From Pseudomonadota bacterium (GTDB lineage: Bacteria > Myxococcota_A > Polyangia > Haliangiales > SHYZ01), in NCBI GenBank assembly GCA_043801535.1, contig JAZDLZ010000765.1:1-34456 (forward strand): a stretch of 34,456 bases of DNA. The letters run 5' to 3'. Within the stretch, counting starts at the first letter, position 1. Each line of letters opens with the position of its first letter. The position numbers and the translations under genes are program-made. This document shows, in pieces, positions 5,015 through 14,359 of this stretch. The notes under the pieces were generated by a model. It was given only the letters and a program-made list of their open reading frames with translations, had not been told where the DNA came from and did not search any database.

Positions 5015-6555
5015 CTCCGATGGAAGCCGGCATCATTACGTTTGGTCATGCCAACAGTCACGGCAAGAATCAAGTCAAAAACGAGCTGGGGCAGGGCCCG
5101 CACATCGTGCGTCAGTGCTGCCTCGAGGCTGGTATTTCTGTCCACAATTTGCACGAGCGATGGCATCGGTGTGATGTCGTTATGGTCGGACTCTACTGGT
5201 GGGAGCATCTCTACGACCTGGTGCTCTGGCTCGCTGCGCATGGAATCGAGCCGGATCGAGAGAAGCGACGGAAGGCAGGCGGTCCGCTCGTATTCATCGG
5301 TGGACAACTGCCCAGCTACAACCCATCCACTGTGGCTGCTATCGCTGATCTGGTGTGCATCGGCGATGGCGAATCGGCTGCGCCAGCAGTGCTATCCCTG
5401 ATTCGCGCCGGCGCTCCTCCATCAGAGTGGGCAAGCGTGCCAGGCATCTACGTATCCGAGCTCGACAATTGCGCAGAGTGGCAGCATGTCGACGATGTCT
5501 CAGGCACGATTCGCTGGCCATTCTACAATTCGACGCTGGTCGAGCATGACAGCGGGGTCCATCAGAAGCTCGTCTTCGAGCGACGAATTGAGATAGCCCG
5601 TGGCTGTCGGCACAAGTGTGCCTACTGCGGAGTCGGGTGGACAAAACGCTACCGTGAGGTGTCGACCGCGGAAATCTGCGGGGCAGTCGCGAGCACGCCA
5701 GGGATGATCAAGGCCTTCGCGCCAGACCCTCTGGCGCATTCTGGCTGGGATGAAATCGACGCTACGTTTGTCGAGTATGACAAGAGCAACCAGGCACGGG
5801 ATATCTCGGCTCATACAATTCTGACCAAGGGATTCGGTCGTTCGAGGATTTACACCACTGGCATCGACGGGCTGTCCGAGAGACTTCGACGAGCAGTGAA
5901 CAAACGGCTGTCGCAAGATGAGCTTGTCGAGGTACTAGAGCGGACATCCGGGCATGGCGGACAACTCATGATCTACATGATTCTTGATTTGCCAGGCGAA
6001 ACAGAGGCTGACTATCGTGAGTGGTTCGCGTCCTTGTCGCGGGTGCAGGTCCGTACCCGGCCCCCGAGTGGTAGATTTGCTTCAGGCGACGAACGCGATT
6101 TCTACGTCGCTATGACGCTCACTGCGTTCAATCCGACGCCTCACACTCCATTGCAATGGGAAGGCATCGACATCCACAAGCAGTGCTACGATTGGTATCG
6201 ACAAGCATTGGACGTGGGACTCGTCGACAAGAGTCAGCGACGGCTCAAGCACAAGATACTCGGCCGTCCGCATGGAGGCGCTGCACGACTGCTCGAGGCG
6301 GCCGCCCTCCGCGGGGACAGAGAGCTCGGTCGGTTTGTCTTGCGAGTCGCTGCTGTTCGACATCGGTTCAAGACATCGTCGCAGGTTCTGACTGCCGCTG
6401 ACAGACTGGGCGTGGGCGAGGCCTTGCACAACACCGTGAGGCGTCATTCTCTCGACGAGACCTTGCCCTGGGAAAGACGAGTCCGCCCGCTGTTCGGGCG
6501 TGACACGCTGCAACGGGCGGCTCTCAAGTTCCGCAACATCGTCGGACAGCTATAG
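5011..6555 (+). CDS. Radical SAM enzyme with an N-terminal B12-binding-like domain
   Basis: IARGCRHKCAYCGVGW contains the CxxxCxxC 4Fe-4S motif. The N-terminal VFIGGQLPSYNP...VCIGDGESA resembles the Rossmann-like B12-binding domain of class B radical SAM enzymes. ATGA overlap with the previous ORF at 5011-5014. Confidence 0.7.
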   Translation: MTPMEAGIITFGHANSHGKNQVKNELGQGPHIVRQCCLEAGISVHNLHERWHRCDVVMVGLYWWEHLYDLVLWLAAHGIEPDREKRRKAGGPLVFIGGQLPSYNPSTVAAIADLVCIGDGESAAPAVLSLIRAGAPPSEWASVPGIYVSELDNCAEWQHVDDVSGTIRWPFYNSTLVEHDSGVHQKLVFERRIEIARGCRHKCAYCGVGWTKRYREVSTAEICGAVASTPGMIKAFAPDPLAHSGWDEIDATFVEYDKSNQARDISAHTILTKGFGRSRIYTTGIDGLSERLRRAVNKRLSQDELVEVLERTSGHGGQLMIYMILDLPGETEADYREWFASLSRVQVRTRPPSGRFASGDERDFYVAMTLTAFNPTPHTPLQWEGIDIHKQCYDWYRQALDVGLVDKSQRRLKHKILGRPHGGAARLLEAAALRGDRELGRFVLRVAAVRHRFKTSSQVLTAADRLGVGEALHNTVRRHSLDETLPWERRVRPLFGRDTLQRAALKFRNIVGQL

Positions 6556-6568
6556 AACCATCTGACCC

Positions 6569-6877
6569 ATGCGTATACTGGTACGTATGGTCAGCAAGTA
6601 TCCTCGAGCCGGCAGACAGCGTCTCCAGGTGGTTTGCGATCAATCCGAGATCGCAGCAATCGACGCTGCGGTAGCGCGTGACGGCTACGACGGAGACAGG
6701 TCCGCGTGGATTCGTGAGGCGGCATTGGACAAGGCTCGCAAGGCCGAGAGCATCTCGATCCTGCCAGAGGTATCAGCCGAAATCAGACGACGCGCCAACG
6801 CTGCTGGCGTCGATGCCAGAGACTTTGCGACGCTGTTAGCGGGCATCGTGCTCGGGAAGGCGGCTCAGCGTGGCTAA
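6569..6877 (+). CDS. Small ribbon-helix-helix-like (CopG/Arc-type) protein
   Basis: RLQVVCDQSEIAAIDAAVARDGYDGDRSAWIREAALDKA fits a beta-strand/helix/helix RHH pattern. The start is uncertain (ATG 6569 or ATG 6587). An imperfect palindrome spans both candidate starts. Confidence 0.4.
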   Translation: MRILVRMVSKYPRAGRQRLQVVCDQSEIAAIDAAVARDGYDGDRSAWIREAALDKARKAESISILPEVSAEIRRRANAAGVDARDFATLLAGIVLGKAAQRG

Positions 6878-7373
6878 GCCGTATTGTCATACCGTGCCAG
6901 CCAAGGCGACGCATCACGTCGAGGTGGCGCAGCAGTACCTCGAACGTGGGCACCGAGACAGCATAGTCGTCCAGTTGCTCGCGAAGTCCGAAGGCATTAC
7001 GAAGCGGCAGGCCTATCGGGTGCTTGGCAAGGCTTGGCAGGTGCTGATTTCGCAACACGCGAAATCAGCGCACCTAGACGCAACTCGACTGGAGAATGCG
7101 CTCGAGACGCTCCTGGAGCACGCGCTCGTGGAGGCCTCCAAGGGTGACGTTCGGGCAATCGTGGCTGGCACGAATACCGCCATGTCATTGGCCAAGCTGC
7201 GAGGACTGATTGTTGACCGCAGTTCTGTCAGGGTCGACGTGCGTCAGCAGGTCGAGGAGAAGGTCACGCAGATGACGACTGCGGAGCGCCATGCTCGCAT
7301 TCAGCAGCTCCTCACCGAGGCTGGTATGGTGGCAGCATCCAATGGCAGTGTCAGCCCGACAGATTCTGCCTGA
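6870..7373 (+). CDS. Putative terminase small subunit
   Basis: It sits immediately upstream of, and overlapping, the large terminase. The N-terminus is HTH-like (EGITKRQAYRVLGKAWQVL). GTG start at 6870. The call rests on position and motif only. Confidence 0.45.
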   Translation: MAKPYCHTVPAKATHHVEVAQQYLERGHRDSIVVQLLAKSEGITKRQAYRVLGKAWQVLISQHAKSAHLDATRLENALETLLEHALVEASKGDVRAIVAGTNTAMSLAKLRGLIVDRSSVRVDVRQQVEEKVTQMTTAERHARIQQLLTEAGMVAASNGSVSPTDSA

Positions 7374-8754
7374 GTCGAGCTTGCTCGAGCTCGAGGCGTT
7401 GCTGCAACGCCAGAATGCCGTCGAGTCGCTGCCTGACTTCATCAGTCGAATGTTCCCGACTCAGCCAGCGCCAGCGCATGCTGCGCCAATTCTCGACGTG
7501 TTCGAGCAGGCTCGACGGAAGCCACAGCGGGTCTGCATCTCAATGCCTCCGCGCCACACGAAAACCACCATCATTCTGCGCGGATTCGCGTGGTGGTTGC
7601 ACAATACTCCGGCGGATACCTGCGCCTACGTGAGCTATTCCGATCGGCAGGCGAGATCCAAGTCGCGCCTGGCTCGCTCATGGGCAGGGCAGGCAGGTTT
7701 GCGGCTAGCACCCGATTCCCACAACATGGCAGAGTGGCGCACGCTCCAAGGTGGCGGGCTGCTCTCCTGTGGAGCTGGTGGCGGTATCACGGGGCAGGGA
7801 GTTTCGGGAATTTTTGTTGTCGACGATCCGTACAAGAATCGGCAAGAAGCGGACAGCATTGTCATCCGCGAGCGAATCGAGCAGTGGTTCAACGAGGTCG
7901 TCTTTACCCGACTCGAGGGTGCGTCGGTAATCGTCGTCCATACCAGGTGGCACGAGAATGATCTCATTGGCACGCTGGCCGAGCAGGGCTGGCGAATAAT
8001 CAACCTGCCGGCAATCGCCGAGGATGACGACCCGCTGGGCAGGGTTCCAGGCGAGGCACTCTGGCCGGCAAAGTTCGATCTGGACACGTTGCATTCGATT
8101 CGCAAGCAGATCAACGATTGGTCATTTGCTGCGCTCTATCAGGGCAGACCGCGGCCGAGAGGTGCTAGCGTCTTCGGGCAGGCGAGTTACTACGATCCAG
8201 AAAAGTTCGACGCAAGGGGATGCCGTATCGTCATCGGCTGCGACCCAGCAGCGACGGCAAAGACCCAGGCAGATCACAGCGTGGCAGTGGTGCTCGCCAT
8301 GCGTGGACATGGCGACAAGGCAATCGGTTATGTCCTCGACATGTGGCGTGGGCAGGTCGAGATTCCCGCGCTGGTCGGCCACCTGCGCAGCCTGTCCGAC
8401 CGCTGGTGGCATGCGCCAGTTGTCGTCGAGGCGATGGGTGGATTCAAGGCGGTGCCGCAGATTCTGCGGCAGCTCGATAGCCGGCTGCAAGTGCGAGAGG
8501 CGAAGGTTACTGAAAGCAAGTTTTTGCGCGCTCAAGCTGTCGCCGCGGCGTGGAATGGTGGACGGCTGCTGGTGCCCACCAAGGCGCCATGGCTCAAGAC
8601 CATGCTGTCCGAGCTCCAGCGGTTCACGGGTGTGAGTGATGCCGAGGATGACATCGTCGATGCTCTGGCGCATGCCTACAACGCTTTGTCTACGTCGAGC
8701 ATGTCCGTAGCAGCTCCAGACGTCAGCCTTACTCAATCGTCGTGGGCGAAATGA
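7342..8754 (+). CDS. terL: Terminase large subunit
   Basis: Walker-A-like ISMPPRHTKTT, Walker-B IFVVDDPY, the coupling motif VVHTRWHENDLIG, and a C-terminal RNaseH-like nuclease region (IVIGCDPAATAK...). The longest ORF starts at 7291; ATG 7342 is preferred. Confidence 0.85.
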   Translation: MAVSARQILPESSLLELEALLQRQNAVESLPDFISRMFPTQPAPAHAAPILDVFEQARRKPQRVCISMPPRHTKTTIILRGFAWWLHNTPADTCAYVSYSDRQARSKSRLARSWAGQAGLRLAPDSHNMAEWRTLQGGGLLSCGAGGGITGQGVSGIFVVDDPYKNRQEADSIVIRERIEQWFNEVVFTRLEGASVIVVHTRWHENDLIGTLAEQGWRIINLPAIAEDDDPLGRVPGEALWPAKFDLDTLHSIRKQINDWSFAALYQGRPRPRGASVFGQASYYDPEKFDARGCRIVIGCDPAATAKTQADHSVAVVLAMRGHGDKAIGYVLDMWRGQVEIPALVGHLRSLSDRWWHAPVVVEAMGGFKAVPQILRQLDSRLQVREAKVTESKFLRAQAVAAAWNGGRLLVPTKAPWLKTMLSELQRFTGVSDAEDDIVDALAHAYNALSTSSMSVAAPDVSLTQSSWAK

Positions 8755-8770
8755 TGCGTCTGACCATGGC

Positions 8771-10081
8771 TTGGCTCATGGTAGCCTAGTCGACGTGAGC
8801 AAGTCCGACATGCCCGAGAATGCGTCTCGTTTGGCCGAAATAGGTTCTGCTGGTCTCGAGATCTACGGTGGTCAGATTTCCGAAGAGTTCCTACCTGAAC
8901 TCTCCGGCGGCAAGGCGCTCAAGATTTACCGTGAGATGTCGAGCAACGACCCGATGGTCGGCACGGTACTCTTCGCGATCCAGATGCTCATCCGCCAGGT
9001 CGACTGGACGGTGAAGGAGGCCTCGCAGGATCCGGCAGACCTGCAAGCCGCGGAGTTCTTGCGCACTTGCCAGTACGACATGAGCCACACCTGGGACGAG
9101 CTGATCGTCGAGGTGTTGTCCATGCTCACCTACGGATTCAGCCTGCACGAGACGGTCTACAAGCGTCGAGCAGGCATGAAAACCAAGGTGCCGTCGAGGT
9201 ACGATGACGGGCGCATTGGTTGGCATCGGCTGCCGATTCGAGGACAGACCACCATCTGGCAGTGGGAGATGGACGAAAACGCCGCAGATTTGCTGGGCGT
9301 GTGGCAACAGTCTCCACCGACGTGGAAACGTGTGTTCATTCCGTCGGAGAAGCTGCTCCTCTTCCGACCAAAGGGGCACAAAAACAACCCCGAAGGATGC
9401 AGCATCCTGCGCACTGCCTATCGACCCTGGTATTTCAAGACTCGCGTCGAGAATTTCGAGGGAATCGGACTCGAGCGAGACTTGGTCGGGTTACCCGTCG
9501 CCAAGATTCCGGCCTATCTGCTGCGGTCGGACGCCTCATCGGAAGACAAGGCTGTGCTGGCAGCCTTCAAAAGGCTGGTCACGCAAGTCCGGCAGAACGA
9601 GCAGGCGGGAGTCATCATGCCGCTCGAGTACGACGAGAATGGCAACGAGCGCTTCAAGCTCGAGCTTATGTCTGTCAACTCCCGTCGGCTGTTCGATACC
9701 TCGGCGATCATTCAGCGCTACGACCAGCGCATTGCTATGTCGGCGTTGGCCGACTTCGTGTTGCTCGGACACGAGAAGGCTGGCAGTTTCGCGCTGGCCG
9801 ACTCCAAGACCGATGTGTTCGGGGTCGCGCTAGGTGCATGGCTCGGAGCGATTCAGGACGTGCTCAATCGGCAGGCTGTGCCGCGTTTGTTTGAGCTCAA
9901 CCCGGAATTCAACCTCGATGCATTGCCGACGTTCCAGCATGGGGATGTCGAGAGCGTGGATCTCACTGCGCTGTCTGTCTTCGTCACTGCGATGACTGGG
10001 GCTGGTTTCGAGATGACCGACCTCGAGGATCACCTGAGACGGCAGGCTGGCATGCCACTGCGAGAGGCCGACGAGCAGTGA
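8771..10081 (+). CDS. Portal protein (Mu gp29 / DUF935-like)
   Basis: It lies between terL and the Mu-F-like gene. HTWDELIVEVLSMLTYGFSLHETVYKRR...GRIGWHRLPIR resembles the DUF935 portal core. The start is uncertain (TTG 8771 or ATG 8810). Confidence 0.75.
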   Translation: MAHGSLVDVSKSDMPENASRLAEIGSAGLEIYGGQISEEFLPELSGGKALKIYREMSSNDPMVGTVLFAIQMLIRQVDWTVKEASQDPADLQAAEFLRTCQYDMSHTWDELIVEVLSMLTYGFSLHETVYKRRAGMKTKVPSRYDDGRIGWHRLPIRGQTTIWQWEMDENAADLLGVWQQSPPTWKRVFIPSEKLLLFRPKGHKNNPEGCSILRTAYRPWYFKTRVENFEGIGLERDLVGLPVAKIPAYLLRSDASSEDKAVLAAFKRLVTQVRQNEQAGVIMPLEYDENGNERFKLELMSVNSRRLFDTSAIIQRYDQRIAMSALADFVLLGHEKAGSFALADSKTDVFGVALGAWLGAIQDVLNRQAVPRLFELNPEFNLDALPTFQHGDVESVDLTALSVFVTAMTGAGFEMTDLEDHLRRQAGMPLREADEQ

Positions 10082-10968
10082 GCAGGCGGGCTTTACCGAT
10101 TCGCTCCATTCAGACGATCAGGCAATGGCGGGACATTCTCAGTGCAGCCAGGATCCAAACTGCCATTGGTGCGCGGATGATCGAGAATGCTTTGCTCGAC
10201 ATGCGCGACCGTTTAACCGTCGAGCGGATCGAGGAATGGATAAGGGGACGGCTCAAGAAAGCCGGCGATGATTTGCTGATCGATGCCATTCCGCTGAAGG
10301 GCACCTTTATGACGTTCACCGATGGTGCTCTTTTTGCCGGTCGGACGACAGCGGGCAAGCATGCCATCGAGATGATTGGGTCATCCGTCGGACGATTCGT
10401 GCATCGAGTCACTCCGTCGGAACGTGGCGCGAAATGGGCCGACCGCAGAGCGGCCGACCTCGTTGTGCAAATCAGCGAAGGGACCCGAGACGCACTACGG
10501 CGCATCGTGTCCATGGACAATCGCCGTGGAATCCATCCCAACAGTACGGCTAAGGCAATTCGTGCAGTCATCGGTTTGGATGAGCGTCGAGCAATCGCAG
10601 TCGAGAACTACCGGCTAAAACTGCTCGACGACGGGATGTCCGAGGACAAGGTTCTCGTTCGCACAATGCGGTTCGCGGAGACCAAGATCACTGAGCGAGC
10701 TCGGGTCATTGCCCGCACCGAAAGCATGGCAGCGGTACACGAGGGGCGGCTCGACCTCTGGCACGAGCTGGCTGATGCCAAGGTGGTGCCGAGCGACAAG
10801 ATTCAGCGCGAGTGGGTCTCTGCCCGTGATGAGCGTGTCGACGATGAGTGCCTGGAACTCGACGGGAAAACCGCGACTTTGCGGGGAGACTTTCCGGGCG
10901 GAGCCCATGATCCCCCGCTCCATCCGCAGTGCCGATGCACGACCATGATTACCGTGGAGGGCTACTGA
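10078..10968 (+). CDS. Head morphogenesis protein (SPP1 gp7 / Mu F family)
   Basis: ARTESMAAVHEG...REWVSARDERVDDECLELDGK...PPLHPQCRCT is the hallmark C-terminal motif of this family. GTGA overlap with the portal gene. Confidence 0.85.
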   Translation: MSRRALPIRSIQTIRQWRDILSAARIQTAIGARMIENALLDMRDRLTVERIEEWIRGRLKKAGDDLLIDAIPLKGTFMTFTDGALFAGRTTAGKHAIEMIGSSVGRFVHRVTPSERGAKWADRRAADLVVQISEGTRDALRRIVSMDNRRGIHPNSTAKAIRAVIGLDERRAIAVENYRLKLLDDGMSEDKVLVRTMRFAETKITERARVIARTESMAAVHEGRLDLWHELADAKVVPSDKIQREWVSARDERVDDECLELDGKTATLRGDFPGGAHDPPLHPQCRCTTMITVEGY

Positions 10969-11543
10969 TGCCGATACCGATTCCTGGAAAAAACGAGAAG
11001 CAGGAAGCGTTCATGACACGCTGTATGTCAGCGGAGATGATGCAGCGCGAATACCCGGAGCAGGAGCAGCGGACAGCGGTGTGCATGACGCAGTGGCGTG
11101 ATGCGCACGACGAGGCCCGCAAGGCTGCTGTCGTGCTGGTCCGGGCTATACCTGCGAAGCCTCTGCTGTTCGACGAACGCATGGACATGGTGGCGCCCAT
11201 CGTGTGTGCCGATGACGAGAAGCGCCTGGTCTACGGACTTGTCTACGCGCCAGACGACGAGGATACGCATGGCGATTCAGCCGATGCAGATGAGATCGAG
11301 GCTGCGGCGCATGGCTTCATGGCCAGTCGCGTGGTCGGACTTCAGCACAAGGCGAAGGCTCCTGCGTCGGTCGTCGAGAGCTACATTGCTCAGGCTGACA
11401 TGCCGCTCGGGAAAGAGCAGATCAAGAAAGGCTCCTGGCTCGTCGTGCTCAAGATCGAGGATGACAACCTCTGGAAGGCGGTCAAGGATGGCACCTTCGA
11501 CGGTATCTCGATGGGCGGTTCGGCTCGACGGGTGAAGGAATAG
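10968..11543 (+). CDS. XkdF-like putative prohead protease / head maturation protein
   Basis: VYGLVYAPDDEDTHGDSADADEIEAAAHGFM...VVESYIA...GISMGG matches the PBSX XkdF-type domain. TGATG junction with the previous gene. The longest ORF starts at 10929. Confidence 0.65.
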   Translation: MPIPIPGKNEKQEAFMTRCMSAEMMQREYPEQEQRTAVCMTQWRDAHDEARKAAVVLVRAIPAKPLLFDERMDMVAPIVCADDEKRLVYGLVYAPDDEDTHGDSADADEIEAAAHGFMASRVVGLQHKAKAPASVVESYIAQADMPLGKEQIKKGSWLVVLKIEDDNLWKAVKDGTFDGISMGGSARRVKE

Positions 11544-11548
11544 CCTGC

Positions 11549-11863
11549 ATGCCAATCAGCTCGTCGGAGATTGCTCAACGTGTGGGCGTCTCGGTCCGCT
11601 ACCTCAACAAGCTTGTCCGTTGCGGATTGGTGCAGCCGTCGAAACAGTCACGCAAGCAGGGTTCGCCTGCGGAATGGGCGGAAGAGGACGTGGCCAAGGT
11701 CGTGCTCGCCGTGCGCATCAAGCGGGTGTTGAATCGGTTTTCCAAGGTGCGTCTTGATGCTTCGGTGTTGGAAGATTTGGACGACCGAGCAATTGCAGTC
11801 GGGGAGCAGTTTCTTCGAGAGCTCGACGGTCAATCAAAGATAGTCATCCCACAGGAGTCATGA
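11549..11863 (+). CDS. MerR-type HTH protein
   Basis: ISSSEIAQRVGVSVRYLNKLVRCGLVQP fits the MerR N-terminal winged-HTH pattern. 104 aa. Confidence 0.5.
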   Translation: MPISSSEIAQRVGVSVRYLNKLVRCGLVQPSKQSRKQGSPAEWAEEDVAKVVLAVRIKRVLNRFSKVRLDASVLEDLDDRAIAVGEQFLRELDGQSKIVIPQES

Positions 11864-12840
11864 TGGTCATCGCATACGTCGGCAACTTCGAGGCTCGTAC
11901 TCCAAGTGGTGAGTTGTTCTCGACGGAATCTCACCTGTCCGCATCGCTCGAGCAACTCGGGCATACCGTCGTGCGGCTCCAGGAAAATCGTGTCACCGCA
12001 GAGCAGGTGGCGTTTCGCGTCCGCGAGTGCGCGGCGGATCTTTTTCTGTGGACGAAGACCGGGGAATGGCTGCGTGGCGACCGCGAGGAGATGCTGCGAG
12101 TCATCAAATGTCCAACGGTAGCATATCATCTGGATCTTTACGCTGGGCTCCCGCGGTCGGCTAACGTGGACAGTGAGCCATGGTGGCGGTGCAAGTACGT
12201 GTTCACTGCCGACGGCGGCAGCGATGACTTCTGGCGTGAGCATCGGATCAATCACTACTGGGCGCCACCAGGAGTCTACGGCAAGGAGTGCTATCTCGCA
12301 GAGCCGGGACCCGAGCGATACGATGTCATCTTCGTAGGCTCCGGGAAAAACGGATACCATCCGGAATGGCCATACCGCAAGCAGCTCCTCGACTGGCTAG
12401 CCAACACCTACGGAGAGCGATTCGTCCTCTTCGGGCGCGGCGGTGAGCTGGAGTGCGTGCGCGGGGCAGCGCTCAATCAACTCTACGCGAGCGCGAAGGT
12501 GGTCGTCGGAGATTCGCTGTGCCTAGGATTCCAGCACCGACGGTACTGGAGCGATCGGGTGCCAGAGACGCTCGGGCGGGGAGGCTTTCTCATCCATCCG
12601 GCAGTCTCGGGGCTCGAGCAGTTTTTCCGCAATCGTGAGCATCTGGTCACCTACGACTATGGCGATTTCGACGGACTCAAGCAGACGATCGACTACTACC
12701 TAGCTCACGACGAGGAGCGTGAGACTATCCGGTTAGTCGGTCACGAGGAAGTGAAGTCGCGGCACACTTACGCCAATCGTATGGCGTGGATGCTCGAGAC
12801 AGTGCGGCGGTCGGAGACCAGGGTCGACGTGATGCTATGA
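11860..12840 (+). CDS. CgeB-like / Glyco_trans_1_2-type glycosyltransferase
   Basis: VIFVGSGKNGYHPEWPYRKQLLDWL...LYASAKVVVGDS...RVPETLGRGGFLIHP...DYYLAHDEERETI...SRHTYANRM follows the CgeB-family C-terminal pattern. AGGAG lies at 11853-11857 and there is an ATGA overlap. Confidence 0.65.
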   Translation: MMVIAYVGNFEARTPSGELFSTESHLSASLEQLGHTVVRLQENRVTAEQVAFRVRECAADLFLWTKTGEWLRGDREEMLRVIKCPTVAYHLDLYAGLPRSANVDSEPWWRCKYVFTADGGSDDFWREHRINHYWAPPGVYGKECYLAEPGPERYDVIFVGSGKNGYHPEWPYRKQLLDWLANTYGERFVLFGRGGELECVRGAALNQLYASAKVVVGDSLCLGFQHRRYWSDRVPETLGRGGFLIHPAVSGLEQFFRNREHLVTYDYGDFDGLKQTIDYYLAHDEERETIRLVGHEEVKSRHTYANRMAWMLETVRRSETRVDVML

Positions 12841-13634
12841 GAGATTTTCGGCCGACATCAGCGAAGGCGGAATGGCATCTCACGTATCGTTGCACCTTGC
12901 GGTGCAATGGATGCAGTCGGGCTACGTGGCTGGCGAAGCCGCACACGGAGGACATGACGCTCGACGATGCCCGTGAATGGTGCAAGCAGGCCGACGAGAT
13001 TGGATGGAAGCGTTTTCAGCCCACGAAGGAGAACGCTCGAATCATCCTCATCGGTGGCGAGCCGACGGTGCATCCGGATTTCATGGAGTTCGTGCAGCTC
13101 GCTATGGAGTGGTCGGGCGCGTATGTCCAAGTCTATTCCAATGGGTGGTCAGCCCAGACAAGGGCTCTGCTCGAGCACGCCAGGATTCATCACAGCGCGT
13201 CGATCGAACGGAGTAACGCGAAGCCACGAGGTAGCGTGACTGGCCCAGAGTGGGCTGGCTGGCGGCTAGACATGTACGTCAGCCCAGCAGACGCTGGGGT
13301 ACCAAGTCCTCCGTGCTATGTCCATCCGTCGGAAATCTGCGGGCTCGGAATCGATCACGAAGGATATTCGATGTGTCCAATCGGAGCGTCGGTGCGGGCA
13401 TTGCTGGGATTACCGCGGACACGACGATTCGCCGATCTGTTCGACATCGACCTTGCCGCGCGCATGACCGCGGAGGAGTGCTCGCATTGCGGATACGAGT
13501 ATGCCAAGCGTGCGGCGTCCAATGAGCACAAGGAGAGATTTGCGGCTTATGTCGCGCAGTGTCCGACGATGCAGGGGTGTTTGATGTCTCCGACGTGGCA
13601 GTCGGTTTTCCAAGGACGTGAGGTCAAGAAATGA
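12837..13634 (+). CDS. Radical SAM enzyme (possible SPASM/twitch-like Cys-rich C-terminus)
   Basis: HLTYRCTLRCNGC contains CxxxCxxC, followed by IILIGGEPTVHPDF. The C-terminal cysteines are CYVHPSEICG...SMCP...CSHCG. ATGA overlap at 12837-12840. Confidence 0.75.
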   Translation: MRDFRPTSAKAEWHLTYRCTLRCNGCSRATWLAKPHTEDMTLDDAREWCKQADEIGWKRFQPTKENARIILIGGEPTVHPDFMEFVQLAMEWSGAYVQVYSNGWSAQTRALLEHARIHHSASIERSNAKPRGSVTGPEWAGWRLDMYVSPADAGVPSPPCYVHPSEICGLGIDHEGYSMCPIGASVRALLGLPRTRRFADLFDIDLAARMTAEECSHCGYEYAKRAASNEHKERFAAYVAQCPTMQGCLMSPTWQSVFQGREVKK

Positions 13635-14359
13635 AGCGCATCACAATGGCAGGATTCTCGACGATGATTCCAGACCATCGTGCCGACTGGGATGGATGGG
13701 CGGAATGGGAGCGGGTTCGCTTCGAGTCGATGGCGCACAACCTCATCAAAGATGATGTTCTCTACGACGTGGGCGCTGAGTACGGAGACATGTCAGCGAT
13801 TTACGCTCAGATGGCAGGCAGCCTGTGTCTCTTCGAGTCGGAACCGGCGGTGTGGCGCAATATTCGCCATGTCTGGGATGCTTCCGGGTTACAGCCTCCG
13901 CGAGCTTGTTACGTTGGTCTTGTCGGAGAGCAGACCACAGACCCGGTTGCACAGGACTTCGACGGGCGGATCCGTGCCGGCTGGCCAGAGTGCGCGTGGG
14001 TAGACAGTATTTGGCCAGATTGGACGTTTCGCTATTTGCATTACGCATCTCATGTAGCTTCGACGCCGCAGACTCGCCTTGATGACTGGGCGGATCGGTC
14101 GGGCATCTTACCGACAGTGATCACGATGGATATCGAGGGCGCAGAGCTACTGGCGTTGCGCGGTGCTAGCCGGCTGCTCGAGCAATACCATCCGATGGTG
14201 TACGTATCCATCCATCCCGATGCGATGGAGCGGGACTACCATCAGAGCGATGCCGATCTGCATGCGTACATGCGAGATCTGGGGTATGCCGGCACGCATC
14301 TAGGCACTGATCACGAGCAGCACTGGGCGTTCACCGCAGGTGGGAGGCCGCTCAGGTGA
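13631..14359 (+). CDS. FkbM-family SAM-dependent methyltransferase
   Basis: VLYDVGAEYGDMSAIYA...LFESEP and ITMDIEGAELLALRGASRLL...VYVSIHP match Methyltransf_21/FkbM motifs. ATGA overlap. Confidence 0.7.
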   Translation: MKRITMAGFSTMIPDHRADWDGWAEWERVRFESMAHNLIKDDVLYDVGAEYGDMSAIYAQMAGSLCLFESEPAVWRNIRHVWDASGLQPPRACYVGLVGEQTTDPVAQDFDGRIRAGWPECAWVDSIWPDWTFRYLHYASHVASTPQTRLDDWADRSGILPTVITMDIEGAELLALRGASRLLEQYHPMVYVSIHPDAMERDYHQSDADLHAYMRDLGYAGTHLGTDHEQHWAFTAGGRPLR

